NCBI GenBank assembly: GCA_963728205.1
Contig: CAVSIV010000006.1
Location: forward strand, 960,001 to 1,024,000
Direction: 5' to 3'
Length of the DNA stretch: 64,000 nt
From: an uncultured Chloroflexia bacterium
GTDB taxonomy: Bacteria; Chloroflexota; Dehalococcoidia; UBA2979
Below, piece after piece: positions 22,841 through 33,339 of this stretch. The notes below the pieces were generated by a model. It was not told where the DNA came from. It did no database searches and saw nothing but the letters and a program-made list of their open reading frames with translations. The position numbers and the translations under genes are program-made. How positions within the stretch are numbered: the first letter of the stretch is position 1; each line of letters begins with the position of its first letter.

Positions 22841-23594
22841 ATGAGCAAGCTCCGCCGCCGCATCCGCAACCTCGGCCGGACCGCGAACGCGGGCATCGGC
22901 TTCGCCGCGATGCGCCACGCCGAACCGGTGCGCCAGCTGCTTGTCGTCGCCGATGTCGCGTCGGCGGACGCCGCGGCCGCGGTGGAGGCCGGCGCCGACG
23001 TGCTGCTCGCCGGGCCCGACCGCCTCGCCAACGCGGTGGCGGCGGCGGGCGACCGACCCGTCGGCGTCCGACTCGACGCCGCGGGCGTCGAGGCCGTCCG
23101 CGCGGCCGAGGAGGCCGGCGCAGACTTCTTCATCTTCGACGACGCCCAGACGCCAGCCGCTGCCCTGCTCTCCGGCGGCGACGACCGCCGTGCCGAGATC
23201 GGTCGCGTGCTCCGGCTCGAGTCCGGCGCGAACGACGAGCGGCTGCGTACGCTCGCCGCCCTCGGGCTCGACGCGCTGCTCGTGCCCGACGCCCGCCCCG
23301 GCATGTCGGTCCGCGATCAGCTCGCCCTGCGGCGCGTCGCCAATCTCCGCCGGCGCCGTGCTGATGGCCGTCGTCGACGCCGCTCCCACCGCCGAGACGC
23401 TCGAGGTCTGGCGCGACGCCGGTACCCGGCTCGTCGTCGTGCCCGGCGACGCCGCTACCGTCCGGAGCGCAGCAGATGCCGTCGCGGCGGTACCTGCGCC
23501 CCGCCGCGCGCGCGACACGGACCGCTCGACCCCGCTGGTGCCGGTGCTCGGCGGTCACCAGCACGACCCCGACGAGGTCGAGGAGCCCTTCTAG
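22841..23594 (+). CDS. hypothetical TIM-barrel-like protein (+1 frameshift near 23347)
   Basis: AVEAGADVLL and AEEAGADFFIF beta-alpha repeats; continues as AGAVLMAVVD after removing one C. Confidence 0.6.
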
Positions 23595-23741
23595 CCGACG
23601 GCGGGCGGATCCGCCATTTGGCGAGTGCACGTCCCATTGCCCGCGACACCAACCCTTACGTAAGATGCACATGACGAGCGTGCGCCAGGTGTCGCGTTTC
23701 GTTGACTGCCCGCTTCGGGCGTCTCTAGGATTCGAACTGAG

Positions 23742-24221
23742 ATGACCGAAACGACGCCGGAGAAGGGTGCCCGCTATCAGATCGGCGAAGTCGCCGAGAA
23801 GACGGGCGTTACCCAGCGCACCCTTCGCTTCTACGAAGAAAAGGGCCTGCTCAAGCCCCCCGAGCGCATGGACGGCGGCTTCCGGCTCTACTCCGACAGC
23901 GACGTCAAGCGCATCGAATTCATCAAGCGCCTGCAGGATCTGCTCGGGTTCACGCTCTCCGAGATCAAGGAGATGGTCGAGGCCGAGGAGCTGCGGCAGC
24001 AGATCGTCGACACCTTCCGGCCGGACCGTGAGCTCCCCGCGCGCAAGCAGCGCACGGAGCAGATCATCAACGCGATCGAGCAGCAGCTCTCGGTGGTGGA
24101 CCGCAAGGTCGAGCAGCTTACCGAGATGCAGCAGGAGCTGCGCGAGCGCCTCACGAACCTCAACCGCCGTCGCCAGCAGATCGAGGAAGCGATGGAGCAG
24201 GGCATCGCGCTCGAAAGCTAG
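23742..24221 (+). CDS. MerR family transcriptional regulator
   Basis: YQIGEVAEKTGVTQRTLRFYEEKGLL...GFRLY, coiled coil; no Cys metal ligands. Confidence 0.93.
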   Translation: MTETTPEKGARYQIGEVAEKTGVTQRTLRFYEEKGLLKPPERMDGGFRLYSDSDVKRIEFIKRLQDLLGFTLSEIKEMVEAEELRQQIVDTFRPDRELPARKQRTEQIINAIEQQLSVVDRKVEQLTEMQQELRERLTNLNRRRQQIEEAMEQGIALES

Positions 24222-24250
24222 CGCGCCCGCGTCCCACGCGTTTCCGCCGC

Positions 24251-24712
24251 TTAGGTGCCCCCGGCAATCTCGCGCACGAGCTTGAGCGCGCCCTGCGGGT
24301 GGGCGTTCATGTCGCGCTGATCGTCCACGACGCCGCGCAGCATGCCGTCCGCGTCGAACACGAACGTCGCGCGCATTGCCGTCGGCGCCCCCTCGCGCCC
24401 CACGCCGAACGCCGCGATCGTCGCGTAGGTCGGCCAGTCGGACAGCACCGGGAACGTCAGCGCGTTCTGCTCGGCGAACGCGCCGAGCGATGCGAACGTG
24501 TCCGCGCTGATGCCCGCCACGCGGGCCCCGAGAGACTCCAGCTGGTCGCTGACCTCCTGGAATCCCCGCATCTCGGTGGTTCAGCCGCCGGTGAAGGCCA
24601 TCGGGAAGAAGGCGAGGACGGCAGGCGCGCCGGCGAACGCGTCCTGGGTGACCTCCTCGCGCTTCGCGTTGCGGAGCGTGAATGCGGGCATGCGCTCGCC
24701 GGCCTGCAACAT
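24251..24712 (-). CDS. selenocysteine-containing peroxiredoxin (AhpC/TSA family)
   Basis: MLQAGERMPAFTL...FFPMAFTGG-UGA-TTEMRGF...GISAD...FPVLSD...RATFVFD; in-frame TGA at 24581-24583 at the peroxidatic Cys position; GGAGG RBS. Confidence 0.85.
24531..24567 (-). promoter_or_regulatory. putative bacterial SECIS hairpin
   Basis: GGGGAUUCCAG-GA-GGUC-AGC-GACC-AG-CUGGAGUCUCU starting 13 nt after UGA. Confidence 0.65.
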
Positions 24713-24737
24713 CGCGTACCTCCCTGTGCGGCCTGAC

Positions 24738-24986
24738 TCAGTGACCGCCGGCGTGCGGCTGGTCGGGCTTCTGGAAGTCCCAGTCGAGGTGGCGTTCGCG
24801 GCGGTAGAGGTATCCGACCGTCGCGACGACAAACAGCCCGACGACGGCCAGGCCGGTCACGAGCATCACGACGTGCCAGTCGGTGGCCGAGGGAAGCGCC
24901 CGGTCCTGCGCCTCCTGCGCGGCGGCGATGACCGGCACGGCCGCCGCGACGAGCCCCACCAGCAGCCCACGCACCAGCTTGCTCAT
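24738..24986 (-). CDS. small membrane protein
   Basis: signal-like N-terminus plus one TM helix (VVMLVTGLAVVGLFVVATVGYLYRR); GGAGG RBS. Confidence 0.65.
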   Translation of the reverse strand: MSKLVRGLLVGLVAAAVPVIAAAQEAQDRALPSATDWHVVMLVTGLAVVGLFVVATVGYLYRRERHLDWDFQKPDQPHAGGH

Positions 24987-25183
24987 CGCCAACCCTCCGC
25001 TCGACGCGCTTCCGCGCGCGCAGTCTACCCCGGGAGTGTCGTACGCGGGACCGCCGCCAGCCGAGCCCGCAAACCTGTGGGCGTGCCGTCAGCGGCGACG
25101 ACCGCGCGTCTCAGGTGTCCTCCTGCCGCCAGCGAGCGCGGACGGACGCACCCGCGGGTTGGCACACGTCATAAGATCCATCC

Positions 25184-27388
25184 ATGCGCCGACCCGTGTT
25201 CGCCGTCGTCGCTGTTTGCGCTTTCGCCGCTGTGCTCATCGCCTTCTCTCCGCCCCTGTCGCACCCGACCGAGGCGCCGCCGCCGGTTGTCGCCGGGGCG
25301 CCGGTCAGAACCACGTCGACCACCACGGCGGTCTCGTCCGGGACGGCACCGCCAGCGGCCACGGCCACCCCGCCTCTCCCGACCGCAGTCGTACGCGCCG
25401 CGCCGGAATTGCTCACCACCGCACTGCACGCCACCATCACCGCTGCGAGCCACGCGCTCGACGCGGCGTCGCGGGACGACCGGGTCCTGTACGCGGCGGG
25501 GCTTCGCGCTCGCGACGCCGGGTCGTACGCGTACGCGGTCGACGCCTGGCGCACCGTGGTCGGGCGCGGCGGGCCGCTCGCGCCCGTTGCCAGCCTGCGG
25601 ATGGCCCAGGCACTCGTCTCGGCCGGGCGCCGCGAAGAGGCGGCCACCGCGTTCGCAGCCACGGTCGCGCGCGCCGACCTCCCGGCCGCGCTCGTGACCG
25701 CCGCCCGCTCCGACGCCGCGGACAACGCCGCCGCGCTCAACGACACGCCGGCGGCGCTCGAGCTGCTGCACGCGATCCGCGACGACGAGGACGCAAGCAC
25801 CTACGACCGCGCGGCCGCGGCCTGGCAGGCCGCGCAACTCCGACGCGACGCCGCCGACCCCGCATGGACCGACGACGCCGCAGCAGCGATCGTGCTGCAG
25901 CCGGCGTCGAGCGCCGCGCAGCGCGCGCTCGACGCGCTGGACTCGCTGCGGACGCTCGTCGCCAGCACCGGCGGCTCCGCCGCCGTTCCGCCACTGACCG
26001 CCGCCTACGTCCGCTACCGCGCCTATGCGAACGACGACGCCACGACGCGCTATCGCGCCGTCGTCGACGAGCCGTCCAGCGACCACGACGCCGCCATCGC
26101 CTGGTTCTACCTCGGGGCGCTCGCCGAGCGCTCCGACTCCCCGGAGACCGCGCTCGCTGACTACGCGAAGTCGGTTTCCGCCGACCCGGCCGGCTCGCTC
26201 GCCGACGACGCCCGCTACTGGCGCGCGCGCATCTACGACGAACGAGGCGACGTCGGCGCTGCCGTCGCCGAGTACGACCGCCTGGTGAGCGACTTTCCGG
26301 AGTCGGCCTTCGCGCCGGACGCGCGGATGGGAGCAGCGCTGCTGCTCGCGCTCCACGGGAACGCCGCCGACGCGCTCTCGCGGCTTGACGCGATCGCCCA
26401 CGTCGCGGGCGCCGACGCGGCGGCCGCCGCTCGCTGGTCGGAGGTCTTCCGCGCCGAGTACGAGCTTCCAGCGAACCCGTCGGTCGACCCGAAGGCGATC
26501 GACCCCACAGCGCTCCCGTCGCTCATCGACGCGCACTCGGCCGAGCCGCTCCCGCCGGCCGCACTCACGGAGGAGCCCATCCTCCCGCGCAACGACGCAG
26601 CCGTGGACCCGTGGATGCGCGCGACGTTCGGGCCGCCGCCCGCGGACCCCGCCGCTGTGCTCAGCGATCCCGACTACGTGCTGGGGCGGCTACTCGTCGG
26701 CGTCGGCGAGACGAGCGTCGGTCGGGCGCTCCTGCGCGGGGTTGTCGCCGGCCATCGCGACAACGCCTACGCGCTGCTCACGCTCGCGCGCACGGCGCGG
26801 GACCTCGACCTCCCTGACATCGAGCTGAATGCCGCCACACGACTTCTGTCGTCGCTCTCGACCAATCAGAGACTCTCGACGCCAAGATCGGTGCTCGCGC
26901 TCGCATATCCGGCTCCGTATCTCGCTGATGCAACGACGTCCGCGCGAACGGCGCATCTGCCCACGTTGCTGCTGCTCGCGCTCGTGCGCCAGGAGTCGGC
27001 GTTCGATCCGTCTGCCGGCTCGATCGCCGGAGCGGTCGGCCTGACGCAGGTCACGCCCGGCACGGGCGAGCAGATCGCGAAGGCGCTGGGGGCGACATGG
27101 ACCCCCGCGATGCTCCTGGACCCGTCGACGTCGCTCGAGTTCGGCGCGTACTACCTGGCCGCGCAGCTCGATGCATTCGACGGCAACGTGTTCGCGGCGC
27201 TCGCGGCGTACAACGGCGGCCCCGGCAATGCGGCCCGCTGGGAGGCCTCAGCCCCGTTCTCCGGCGCGGACGGCTATCTGCTCGCCGTCGACTACAGTGA
27301 GACCGACGCGTACTTGAACCGCGTTCTGGAAAACTACGCGTGGTACCGCTACATCTACGCCGGGACCAACGCACCATCGCTGCGCTAG
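25184..27388 (+). CDS. soluble lytic transglycosylase (Slt70-like, TPR + SLT domain)
   Basis: signal/anchor, TPR-like helices, RQESAF, GAVGLTQV, ALAAYNGGPG, ETDAY. Confidence 0.9.
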   Translation: MRRPVFAVVAVCAFAAVLIAFSPPLSHPTEAPPPVVAGAPVRTTSTTTAVSSGTAPPAATATPPLPTAVVRAAPELLTTALHATITAASHALDAASRDDRVLYAAGLRARDAGSYAYAVDAWRTVVGRGGPLAPVASLRMAQALVSAGRREEAATAFAATVARADLPAALVTAARSDAADNAAALNDTPAALELLHAIRDDEDASTYDRAAAAWQAAQLRRDAADPAWTDDAAAAIVLQPASSAAQRALDALDSLRTLVASTGGSAAVPPLTAAYVRYRAYANDDATTRYRAVVDEPSSDHDAAIAWFYLGALAERSDSPETALADYAKSVSADPAGSLADDARYWRARIYDERGDVGAAVAEYDRLVSDFPESAFAPDARMGAALLLALHGNAADALSRLDAIAHVAGADAAAAARWSEVFRAEYELPANPSVDPKAIDPTALPSLIDAHSAEPLPPAALTEEPILPRNDAAVDPWMRATFGPPPADPAAVLSDPDYVLGRLLVGVGETSVGRALLRGVVAGHRDNAYALLTLARTARDLDLPDIELNAATRLLSSLSTNQRLSTPRSVLALAYPAPYLADATTSARTAHLPTLLLLALVRQESAFDPSAGSIAGAVGLTQVTPGTGEQIAKALGATWTPAMLLDPSTSLEFGAYYLAAQLDAFDGNVFAALAAYNGGPGNAARWEASAPFSGADGYLLAVDYSETDAYLNRVLENYAWYRYIYAGTNAPSLR

Positions 27389-27431
27389 CGCGAACGCGCT
27401 TCGGCCGGGCGACCGCGCAGAGGACGGGCGC

Positions 27432-28554
27432 GTGACGCGTCGATCCCGCATCTGGAGCGCGGTGACCGTTGCGGCCTTCGCGGTGGGGTCGCTCATCACC
27501 CTCACGTCACGCGAGAGCGCTCCCACGTCAGCATCCGGATGCTGCGCGACCGGGACATATGGCACGAGCGGCCAAGCGTTCGCGGCGGCGCAGCATCCGG
27601 CGTCGGCGGCCGTTACGTCGAACGCGGGGCCGGTCCCGTCGCTCCGGATCGCGCCGCCGGCAATCAGTGCTGCGTCGGCCGTCGTGATGGACGTCGGGAC
27701 GGGTGCCATCCTCTACACGCTTCACCCCGATCGACCGATGCCGCCGGCAAGCCTGACGAAGATCGCGACCGCACTGGTCGCAATCGACAGTGGCCGCCTG
27801 AACGACTGGGTGACCGTGCGGCCGGACATCGACTCGCTCGCGTCGGACAGCAGCCTGATGGGGCTGCAGCCGGGTGACCGGTTCCGGCTGTCGGATCTGC
27901 TCTACGGGTTAATGTTGCCGTCGGGGAACGACGCGGCGGTCGCGATTGCGGACGCCGTCGCCGGCTCGCAGACCGGCTTCGTGGCGCGGATGAACGCACT
28001 CGCTCGGCGCCTGGGGCTCCGGGAGACGGTGTTCGCGGACAGCCATGGTCTGGGGGCCGAGGGGATCGCCGGCCGATACGGGAGCGGCGCGCGCAGCGCG
28101 TGGGCGCATCGCATGCGCGATCCGGACGGCATCGCGGGCGTGGCGCCGTCGCCCCCGCACGTCTCGTCGGCGCGCGACATCGCGCTGCTCGCGCGGGCGG
28201 CGCTGGCGCGACCGGAGATTGCGATGATCGCCGACACCCGCACCTGGGTGGCGCACGGCTCGCGCGACATCGAGATGTGGAACACGAACTCGCTGCTCTG
28301 GGACTACCCGGGCGCGAACGGTCTCAAGACCGGCTACACCGAGGAGGCCGGGCGCACGCTGGCGGCGACGGTGACGCGAGGGGGACACCGAGCTGATCGT
28401 CGTGCTGCTCGACGCGCCGCACCGCGATAGCGACGCGACGGCGCTGCTGAACTGGGCGTTCGGCACGTTCTGCTGGACGGGGACCTGCGCACCTGCGAAG
28501 GTGGAACGGGCACCCGCGGGCGGCCCAAGCGCCGCGGTGATGTCGTCTCCCTGA
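27432..28554 (+). CDS. D-alanyl-D-alanine carboxypeptidase S11 (+1 frameshift near 28388)
   Basis: PASLTK (SxxK), SGNDAA (SxN), KTGYT; continues ELIVVLLD...LLNWAF in the next frame. Confidence 0.88.
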
Positions 28555-28641
28555 GTGCACCCGGCCCAGCCCCGGTGTTGATTGCTCGGACCGCAGTGCG
28601 TCTCTATACTCAGACGCCCAATCACGATCGGAGAGCGTGTC

Positions 28642-28779
28642 GTGCCGAAGCGGACGTGGCAACCCAAGCGGATTCCTCGCAAGCGCACGCACGGATTTCG
28701 CGCTCGCATGTCGACGAAGGGCGGGCGTGACGTGCTCGCTCGGCGCCGCGCGCGCGGGCGGAAGCGTCTCTCCGTCTAG
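28642..28779 (+). CDS. rpmH: 50S ribosomal protein L34
   Basis: [42 protein letters not shown]; TTGCTC-N17-TATACT promoter upstream. Confidence 0.97.
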   Translation: MPKRTWQPKRIPRKRTHGFRARMSTKGGRDVLARRRARGRKRLSV

Positions 28780-28791
28780 TTCCCACCCACG

Positions 28792-29160
28792 GTGACGCCC
28801 CCGGGGCGCGACGAGACGGGGCGCCGGGCGGAACGGCTCAGGCGCAGCCAGGACTTCAGGACGGTCATGCGGTACGGTCGGCGTGCGCGCCACCGTCTGC
28901 TACACGTTGCCGTTCACTGCAATCACCTCCCGCAGAGCCGGTTCGGCTTCGCGGTGGGCAAGCGGGTCGGGAAGGCCGTCGCGAGGAACCGGGTGAAGCG
29001 GCGGCTGAGAGCAATCATGCGAGAGCTTCCCGTGCGCGCCGGCTTCGACGTCGTATCCATCGCGCAGGAATCGGCCGCATCCGCAAGCTACGACGAGCTG
29101 CGGAGCGCTGCAGTCGAATGTCTGCGGCGCACGAAGACCCTTGAGCGCGAGAACACATGA
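28792..29160 (+). CDS. rnpA: ribonuclease P protein component
   Basis: [32 protein letters not shown]. Confidence 0.95.
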   Translation: MTPPGRDETGRRAERLRRSQDFRTVMRYGRRARHRLLHVAVHCNHLPQSRFGFAVGKRVGKAVARNRVKRRLRAIMRELPVRAGFDVVSIAQESAASASYDELRSAAVECLRRTKTLERENT

Positions 29161-29411
29161 GACGTTTCGTCCTGTTCCTCCTGCGCGCATACCAGGCCGG
29201 CGTCTCGCCGACCCTCGGCGCGCGCTGTCGGTACGAACCCAGCTGCTCCCGGTACGCGTACGGGGCGATCGAGCGCTTCGGCGTGATTCGGGGTAGCTGG
29301 ATGGGCATCCGACGCCTCGTGCGTTGTCGGCCGGGGGTTGCTGGCGGCTACGACCCCGTTCCGCCAGTCGCAAGCGCCGTCCCCGACCAAGGCACGCGCC
29401 ATGCCGCATAG
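29157..29411 (+). CDS. yidD: membrane protein insertion efficiency factor
   Basis: [11 protein letters not shown]...RRLVRCRP...GGYDPVP. Confidence 0.95.
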   Translation: MRRFVLFLLRAYQAGVSPTLGARCRYEPSCSRYAYGAIERFGVIRGSWMGIRRLVRCRPGVAGGYDPVPPVASAVPDQGTRHAA

Positions 29412-30555
29412 CCCGGTGTTTCACGTGAAACACGTCGCGGACGCGCCTGCCGGCGCCCGGCACCGCGCGCGATGGGCCTTCGTCCTCGGGCTGCTCGGCC
29501 TGCTCGCGGTGCTGACGACCGCCTGTGAGCGCGTCGCCGCCCCCGAAGGGTGGGCCGCGCCACTGAACCAGGGGTCCGAGTACTACGCCCAGCTCGACAA
29601 GGGTGTGCTCTGGCAGTTCCAGATCGACGGGACGAACGTGAAGCGCGGCTGGCGCTACCCGGCCGCCGACGCGAAGTCCAAGTTCGACGCGATCTACGCC
29701 ACGCCGATCCTCCAGGACGGCGTGATTTACGTGGCAGCGCATAAGGGCCAGGTCGTCGCCCTCGACGTGACCTCAGGTCAGCCGCTGCCGGCCTGGGGCG
29801 GCGCCCCCGTTGACCTGAAGCAGGACATCGTCGCGACCCCGGTTCTCGCCGGGAAGCGGCTCATCCTCGCCACCGAGAACGGCGACCTGTACTCCATCAA
29901 CACCGCGAATGGCCAGGCGACGCGCCTGCTCAAGGGCGACGGTCGCATCTGGTCCGGGCTCGCGCGCAACGGGAGCACCGTCTTCCTCGGGAACCTGGAC
30001 GACCGCCGCGTGCGCGCCGTCAACATCGACTCGGGCGACATCGAGTGGGCGCAGTCGATCGCGGGCGCATCCATCGCGAACCTGGTGCTCGACGACCGTC
30101 TCCTGCTCGTCGGCTCGCTTGACCGCTCGCTGCACGCGCTCGACGTCAACGCCAACGGTACCCAGGCATGGAGTTTCACCGGCGACGGCTGGTTCGCCGC
30201 CCAGTCCACCTTTGACAGCGGCGCGATCTATGCCGCGACGCTCAAGGGCTCGGTATACGCGCTCGACCCATCGAACGGCTCTCAGCGCTGGTCGCTTCAC
30301 CGCGACGGCGAGTCCTTCCGCTCCCGCCCGGTCGTGATCGGACATACTCTCGTGATCACGAGCCGCGATGGCACGATCTTCGGCATCAACACCGCCGACG
30401 GCAGCGAACTCTGGCATCACGCGCTGCTCAACCAGCACGTCGACGCGGACCCGCTGGTCGTCGGCTCCGACGTCATCATCATCACCACGAGCGGCCAGCT
30501 CGATCGCGTCAATGCCGCCACCGGCGACACCCAGACCCTTGGCGCCGCGAGCTAG
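29401..30555 (+). CDS. PQQ-repeat beta-propeller lipoprotein (BamB-like fold)
   Basis: lipobox LTTAC; repeats [42 protein letters not shown]; start uncertain. Confidence 0.85.
   Translation: MPHSPVFHVKHVADAPAGARHRARWAFVLGLLGLLAVLTTACERVAAPEGWAAPLNQGSEYYAQLDKGVLWQFQIDGTNVKRGWRYPAADAKSKFDAIYATPILQDGVIYVAAHKGQVVALDVTSGQPLPAWGGAPVDLKQDIVATPVLAGKRLILATENGDLYSINTANGQATRLLKGDGRIWSGLARNGSTVFLGNLDDRRVRAVNIDSGDIEWAQSIAGASIANLVLDDRLLLVGSLDRSLHALDVNANGTQAWSFTGDGWFAAQSTFDSGAIYAATLKGSVYALDPSNGSQRWSLHRDGESFRSRPVVIGHTLVITSRDGTIFGINTADGSELWHHALLNQHVDADPLVVGSDVIIITTSGQLDRVNAATGDTQTLGAAS
29417..29432. promoter_or_regulatory. parS: parS centromere site
   Basis: perfect palindrome TGTTTCACGTGAAACA, about 4 kb from parAB. 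Confidence 0.9.
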
Positions 30556-30576
30556 CGCAAAGAACGGCCCCCGCTG

Positions 30577-31566
30577 ATGCCCATCGGCCTCGTCTACCGC
30601 ACCGTCCTCGAGACACCGCTCATCAACGTGATGGTCGCGCTCAGCGCGATCTCGTTCGGATCCTTCGGACTCGCCATCCTGATCTTCACCGTGTTCTCGC
30701 GCGCGGTGCTCTTCCCCCTCACCGTTCGCTCGCTGCACTCGATGCGCCACATGCAGGAGATCCAGCCGCGCCTGCAGGAGGTGCAGAAAAAGTACTCGGA
30801 TCCGCGACGGCGCTCCGAGGAGACGATGAAGCTCTACAAGGAGGCGGGGATCAACCCGATCGGCTGCCTCGGGCCGCAGCTGATCCAGTTCCCGGTCTTC
30901 ATCGCCCTCTACCAGGTCATCCGGCTCACCGTCGCGACGACCCCGGAGAGCGTGCTGAACCTGTCGCACCGCCTCTACGACTACCCGTTCATTCAAAACG
31001 CCATCCCGCTGAGCACGAAGTTCCTGGTGCTCGACCTGCGTGCCAACGGAGGGATCTTCCTCACCGCCATCGTCTTCGCCGCCATGTGGCTGCAGCAGCG
31101 CATCTCCGTCGGTCGCACCCCCTCGACGGCGGCGCAGAGCAACGCTCAGCAGCAGCAGCAGATGCAGACGATGATGCAGTGGATGATGCCGGCGCTGTTC
31201 TCCTGGTTCGTGCTGGTCGCGCCGGCCGGACTGGGCCTCTACTGGGCCGCCAGCACCATCATCGGCATCGTCCTGCAGTGGATCTTCGTGGGCCCGGGTG
31301 ATTTCACCTGGGGCTCGCTCATCCCCGCGGTCGCGCGCGAGCGCCTCGGCATGGGCCCGCACACGCCACGACGTCCACGTCCGGCGCCCCAGATTGCGAA
31401 TGGGCGCGATTCCAACCAGCAGTCCGAGGGGGATTCCGAAGCGAGGGATCACGATGAGGGTAGCGGAGACCAGCGGGAAGACGGTCGACGAAGCGGTAAC
31501 GCGCGCGCTCGGCCAACTCGGCCTGCGTCGCGATCAGGTCGACGTCGACGTCATCCGCGAGGGTAG
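30577..31566 (+). CDS. yidC: membrane protein insertase YidC (short form)
   Basis: FGLAILIFTVFSRAVLFPL, MKLYKEAGINPIGCLGP.IQFPVF, PAGLGLYW. Confidence 0.94.
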   Translation: MPIGLVYRTVLETPLINVMVALSAISFGSFGLAILIFTVFSRAVLFPLTVRSLHSMRHMQEIQPRLQEVQKKYSDPRRRSEETMKLYKEAGINPIGCLGPQLIQFPVFIALYQVIRLTVATTPESVLNLSHRLYDYPFIQNAIPLSTKFLVLDLRANGGIFLTAIVFAAMWLQQRISVGRTPSTAAQSNAQQQQQMQTMMQWMMPALFSWFVLVAPAGLGLYWAASTIIGIVLQWIFVGPGDFTWGSLIPAVARERLGMGPHTPRRPRPAPQIANGRDSNQQSEGDSEARDHDEGSGDQREDGRRSGNARARPTRPASRSGRRRRHPRG

Positions 31567-32434
31567 CAAGGGTTTCCTCGGTATCGGCGCCGAGGAAGCG
31601 ATCGTTCGCGTCACCGCGAAGGACTCGGTGGTCACCACCGCGACGCAGCCTCGCCGGCCGCCGCGTCCGCCGCGCGCCGACGACGGCGGCGAACGTGCGG
31701 CCGAGGCGACCGGCCAGCGCCGCCGCGGTCGGCGTGGCGGACGCGGGCGGCGCCGTGGCGGGGAAGGCGAGGATGGGGGCGGGGCGGCGCCGCCCTCGGG
31801 CGGCGGGCGCGGTGGCCAGGGGCGGCGGGACGACCGGGCGCCGAGCGCGCCGCGGGCCCGCGGCGTCACCGTCGCACCGGGCGACGAGGTCACCATCCCC
31901 GGCGTCCCGGACGAACTGCCGTCCGCGCCAAACCCCGAACCCGCCGACCAGCTCGACCTGGCCGGGAGCACACTGCGCGACATCCTGACGCTGCTCGGCC
32001 TCGCCGACACGGAAATCACCGCGCGCGACCCGGAGACCGCCGGCGACGGTGAAGGCCTGATCGCACAGGTGTTCGACATCTACGGCGAGGGCGACGAGGC
32101 CGCCGACGAGCTCGGCGTGTTGATCGGCCGCCGCGGCGAAACCCTGCTCAACCTGCAGTACCTGCTGAACACCATCGTCTCGCGGCGCGAGAAGGACGGT
32201 CCGATCTACGGGATCGACATCGAGGGATACCGCCGCCGTCGCGAACAGCAACTGATCGACATGGCGAAGGAGATCGCCGAGGAGGTGCGCGCGACGGGCG
32301 ACGTGATCACGCTCGAGCCGATGCCGGCCGCCGAGCGACGCATCATCCACATCACCCTCGCGGATGAGGAAGGCGTACGCACAGAGAGCGTCGGCAGCGG
32401 GGAGCATCGCCAGGTCGAGATCCTGCCGGCATGA
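31454..32434 (+). CDS. jag: RNA-binding protein Jag/EloR/KhpB
   Basis: SGKTVDEAV, KGFLGIG, LIGRRGETL (KH), PMPAAERRIIH (R3H). Confidence 0.93.
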   Translation: MRVAETSGKTVDEAVTRALGQLGLRRDQVDVDVIREGSKGFLGIGAEEAIVRVTAKDSVVTTATQPRRPPRPPRADDGGERAAEATGQRRRGRRGGRGRRRGGEGEDGGGAAPPSGGGRGGQGRRDDRAPSAPRARGVTVAPGDEVTIPGVPDELPSAPNPEPADQLDLAGSTLRDILTLLGLADTEITARDPETAGDGEGLIAQVFDIYGEGDEAADELGVLIGRRGETLLNLQYLLNTIVSRREKDGPIYGIDIEGYRRRREQQLIDMAKEIAEEVRATGDVITLEPMPAAERRIIHITLADEEGVRTESVGSGEHRQVEILPA

Positions 32435-32469
32435 CCACCCGCAGCACCCGTCAGCGCCGCTGAGCCGCC

Positions 32470-33339
32470 ATGATGGCTGCGGGACAGTCGGTGCTGATCG
32501 TCGGTCCGGTCACGTGGGACCGCGTCGACGGCCGCGACATCGCCGGCGGGACCGTGTCGTACGCTGCGCGGGTCGCGACCGCCATGGGCGTGCGCGCGCA
32601 CATCCTGACGACGGCGGACGCGACGGCCGACCTGAGCGCGCTGGAGGGGCACACCGTGCATCTCGTCCCGGCGAGCCGGACGCTGACCCTGGAGCATCGG
32701 TTCGACGAGACCGGGCGCCGCCACCAGCGCGTGATCGCCCGCCCCGGTCACACCCTGACCGCCGACGACCTGCCGGCCGGTTGGCCGTCCCCCGACGTCC
32801 TCGTGCTCGCTCCCCTGCTCGATGACAGTCTCGAACCACGTGGCTTCGACGCCCTGCCGTTCCGAGATTGCGCGCTGACTGGACAGGGGCTGTTGCGCCA
32901 GGTCGGTGCTTCCGGAGCAATCAGCGACGCTCGCGAGCCAACGACCGCACTCGATCACGCTATTACTGCGCGTACATCTCTCTTTCTCTCGGAAGAAGAG
33001 GTGCGTGCGTGGCCTCACGGGGCGCTCGAGGCGCTGGCGGCGCGCGCCCGGCGCGTGGTCCTGACGCGCGGCATGCACGGCGCCGAGATCATCGCATGTG
33101 GTCAGCGTCGGAGCGTCCCGCCCGTTCCGGCGCAGCCGGTCGACACGACCGGCGCGGGCGACGTGTTCGCGACCGCCTTTATACTCGCCATCGGCGAGGG
33201 GGAGGCGACCGCCGGTCGCCTCGCCGCCGCGTTTGCCGCGGCGGCCGTCGAAGTGTGGGGCGCGGGTCCGCTCCCCGCCCGGGCCACGATCGAAGAGCGC
33301 CTCGAACCGCGCCTGGGGGACACGCCGTGGCGGTCGTGA
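32470..33339 (+). CDS. PfkB family carbohydrate kinase
   Basis: GGTVSYAA, VDTTGAGDVFA. Confidence 0.88.
   Translation: MMAAGQSVLIVGPVTWDRVDGRDIAGGTVSYAARVATAMGVRAHILTTADATADLSALEGHTVHLVPASRTLTLEHRFDETGRRHQRVIARPGHTLTADDLPAGWPSPDVLVLAPLLDDSLEPRGFDALPFRDCALTGQGLLRQVGASGAISDAREPTTALDHAITARTSLFLSEEEVRAWPHGALEALAARARRVVLTRGMHGAEIIACGQRRSVPPVPAQPVDTTGAGDVFATAFILAIGEGEATAGRLAAAFAAAAVEVWGAGPLPARATIEERLEPRLGDTPWRS

Noticed and set aside
24251-24712. Peroxiredoxin as a nonsense pseudogene
   Set aside because: The stop is TGA exactly at the catalytic residue, followed by a SECIS-like hairpin and an intact frame.
22692-28560. tRNA-Thr as integration site of a genomic island
   Set aside because: No integrase and no duplicated tRNA 3' end seen; flanking genes look core.
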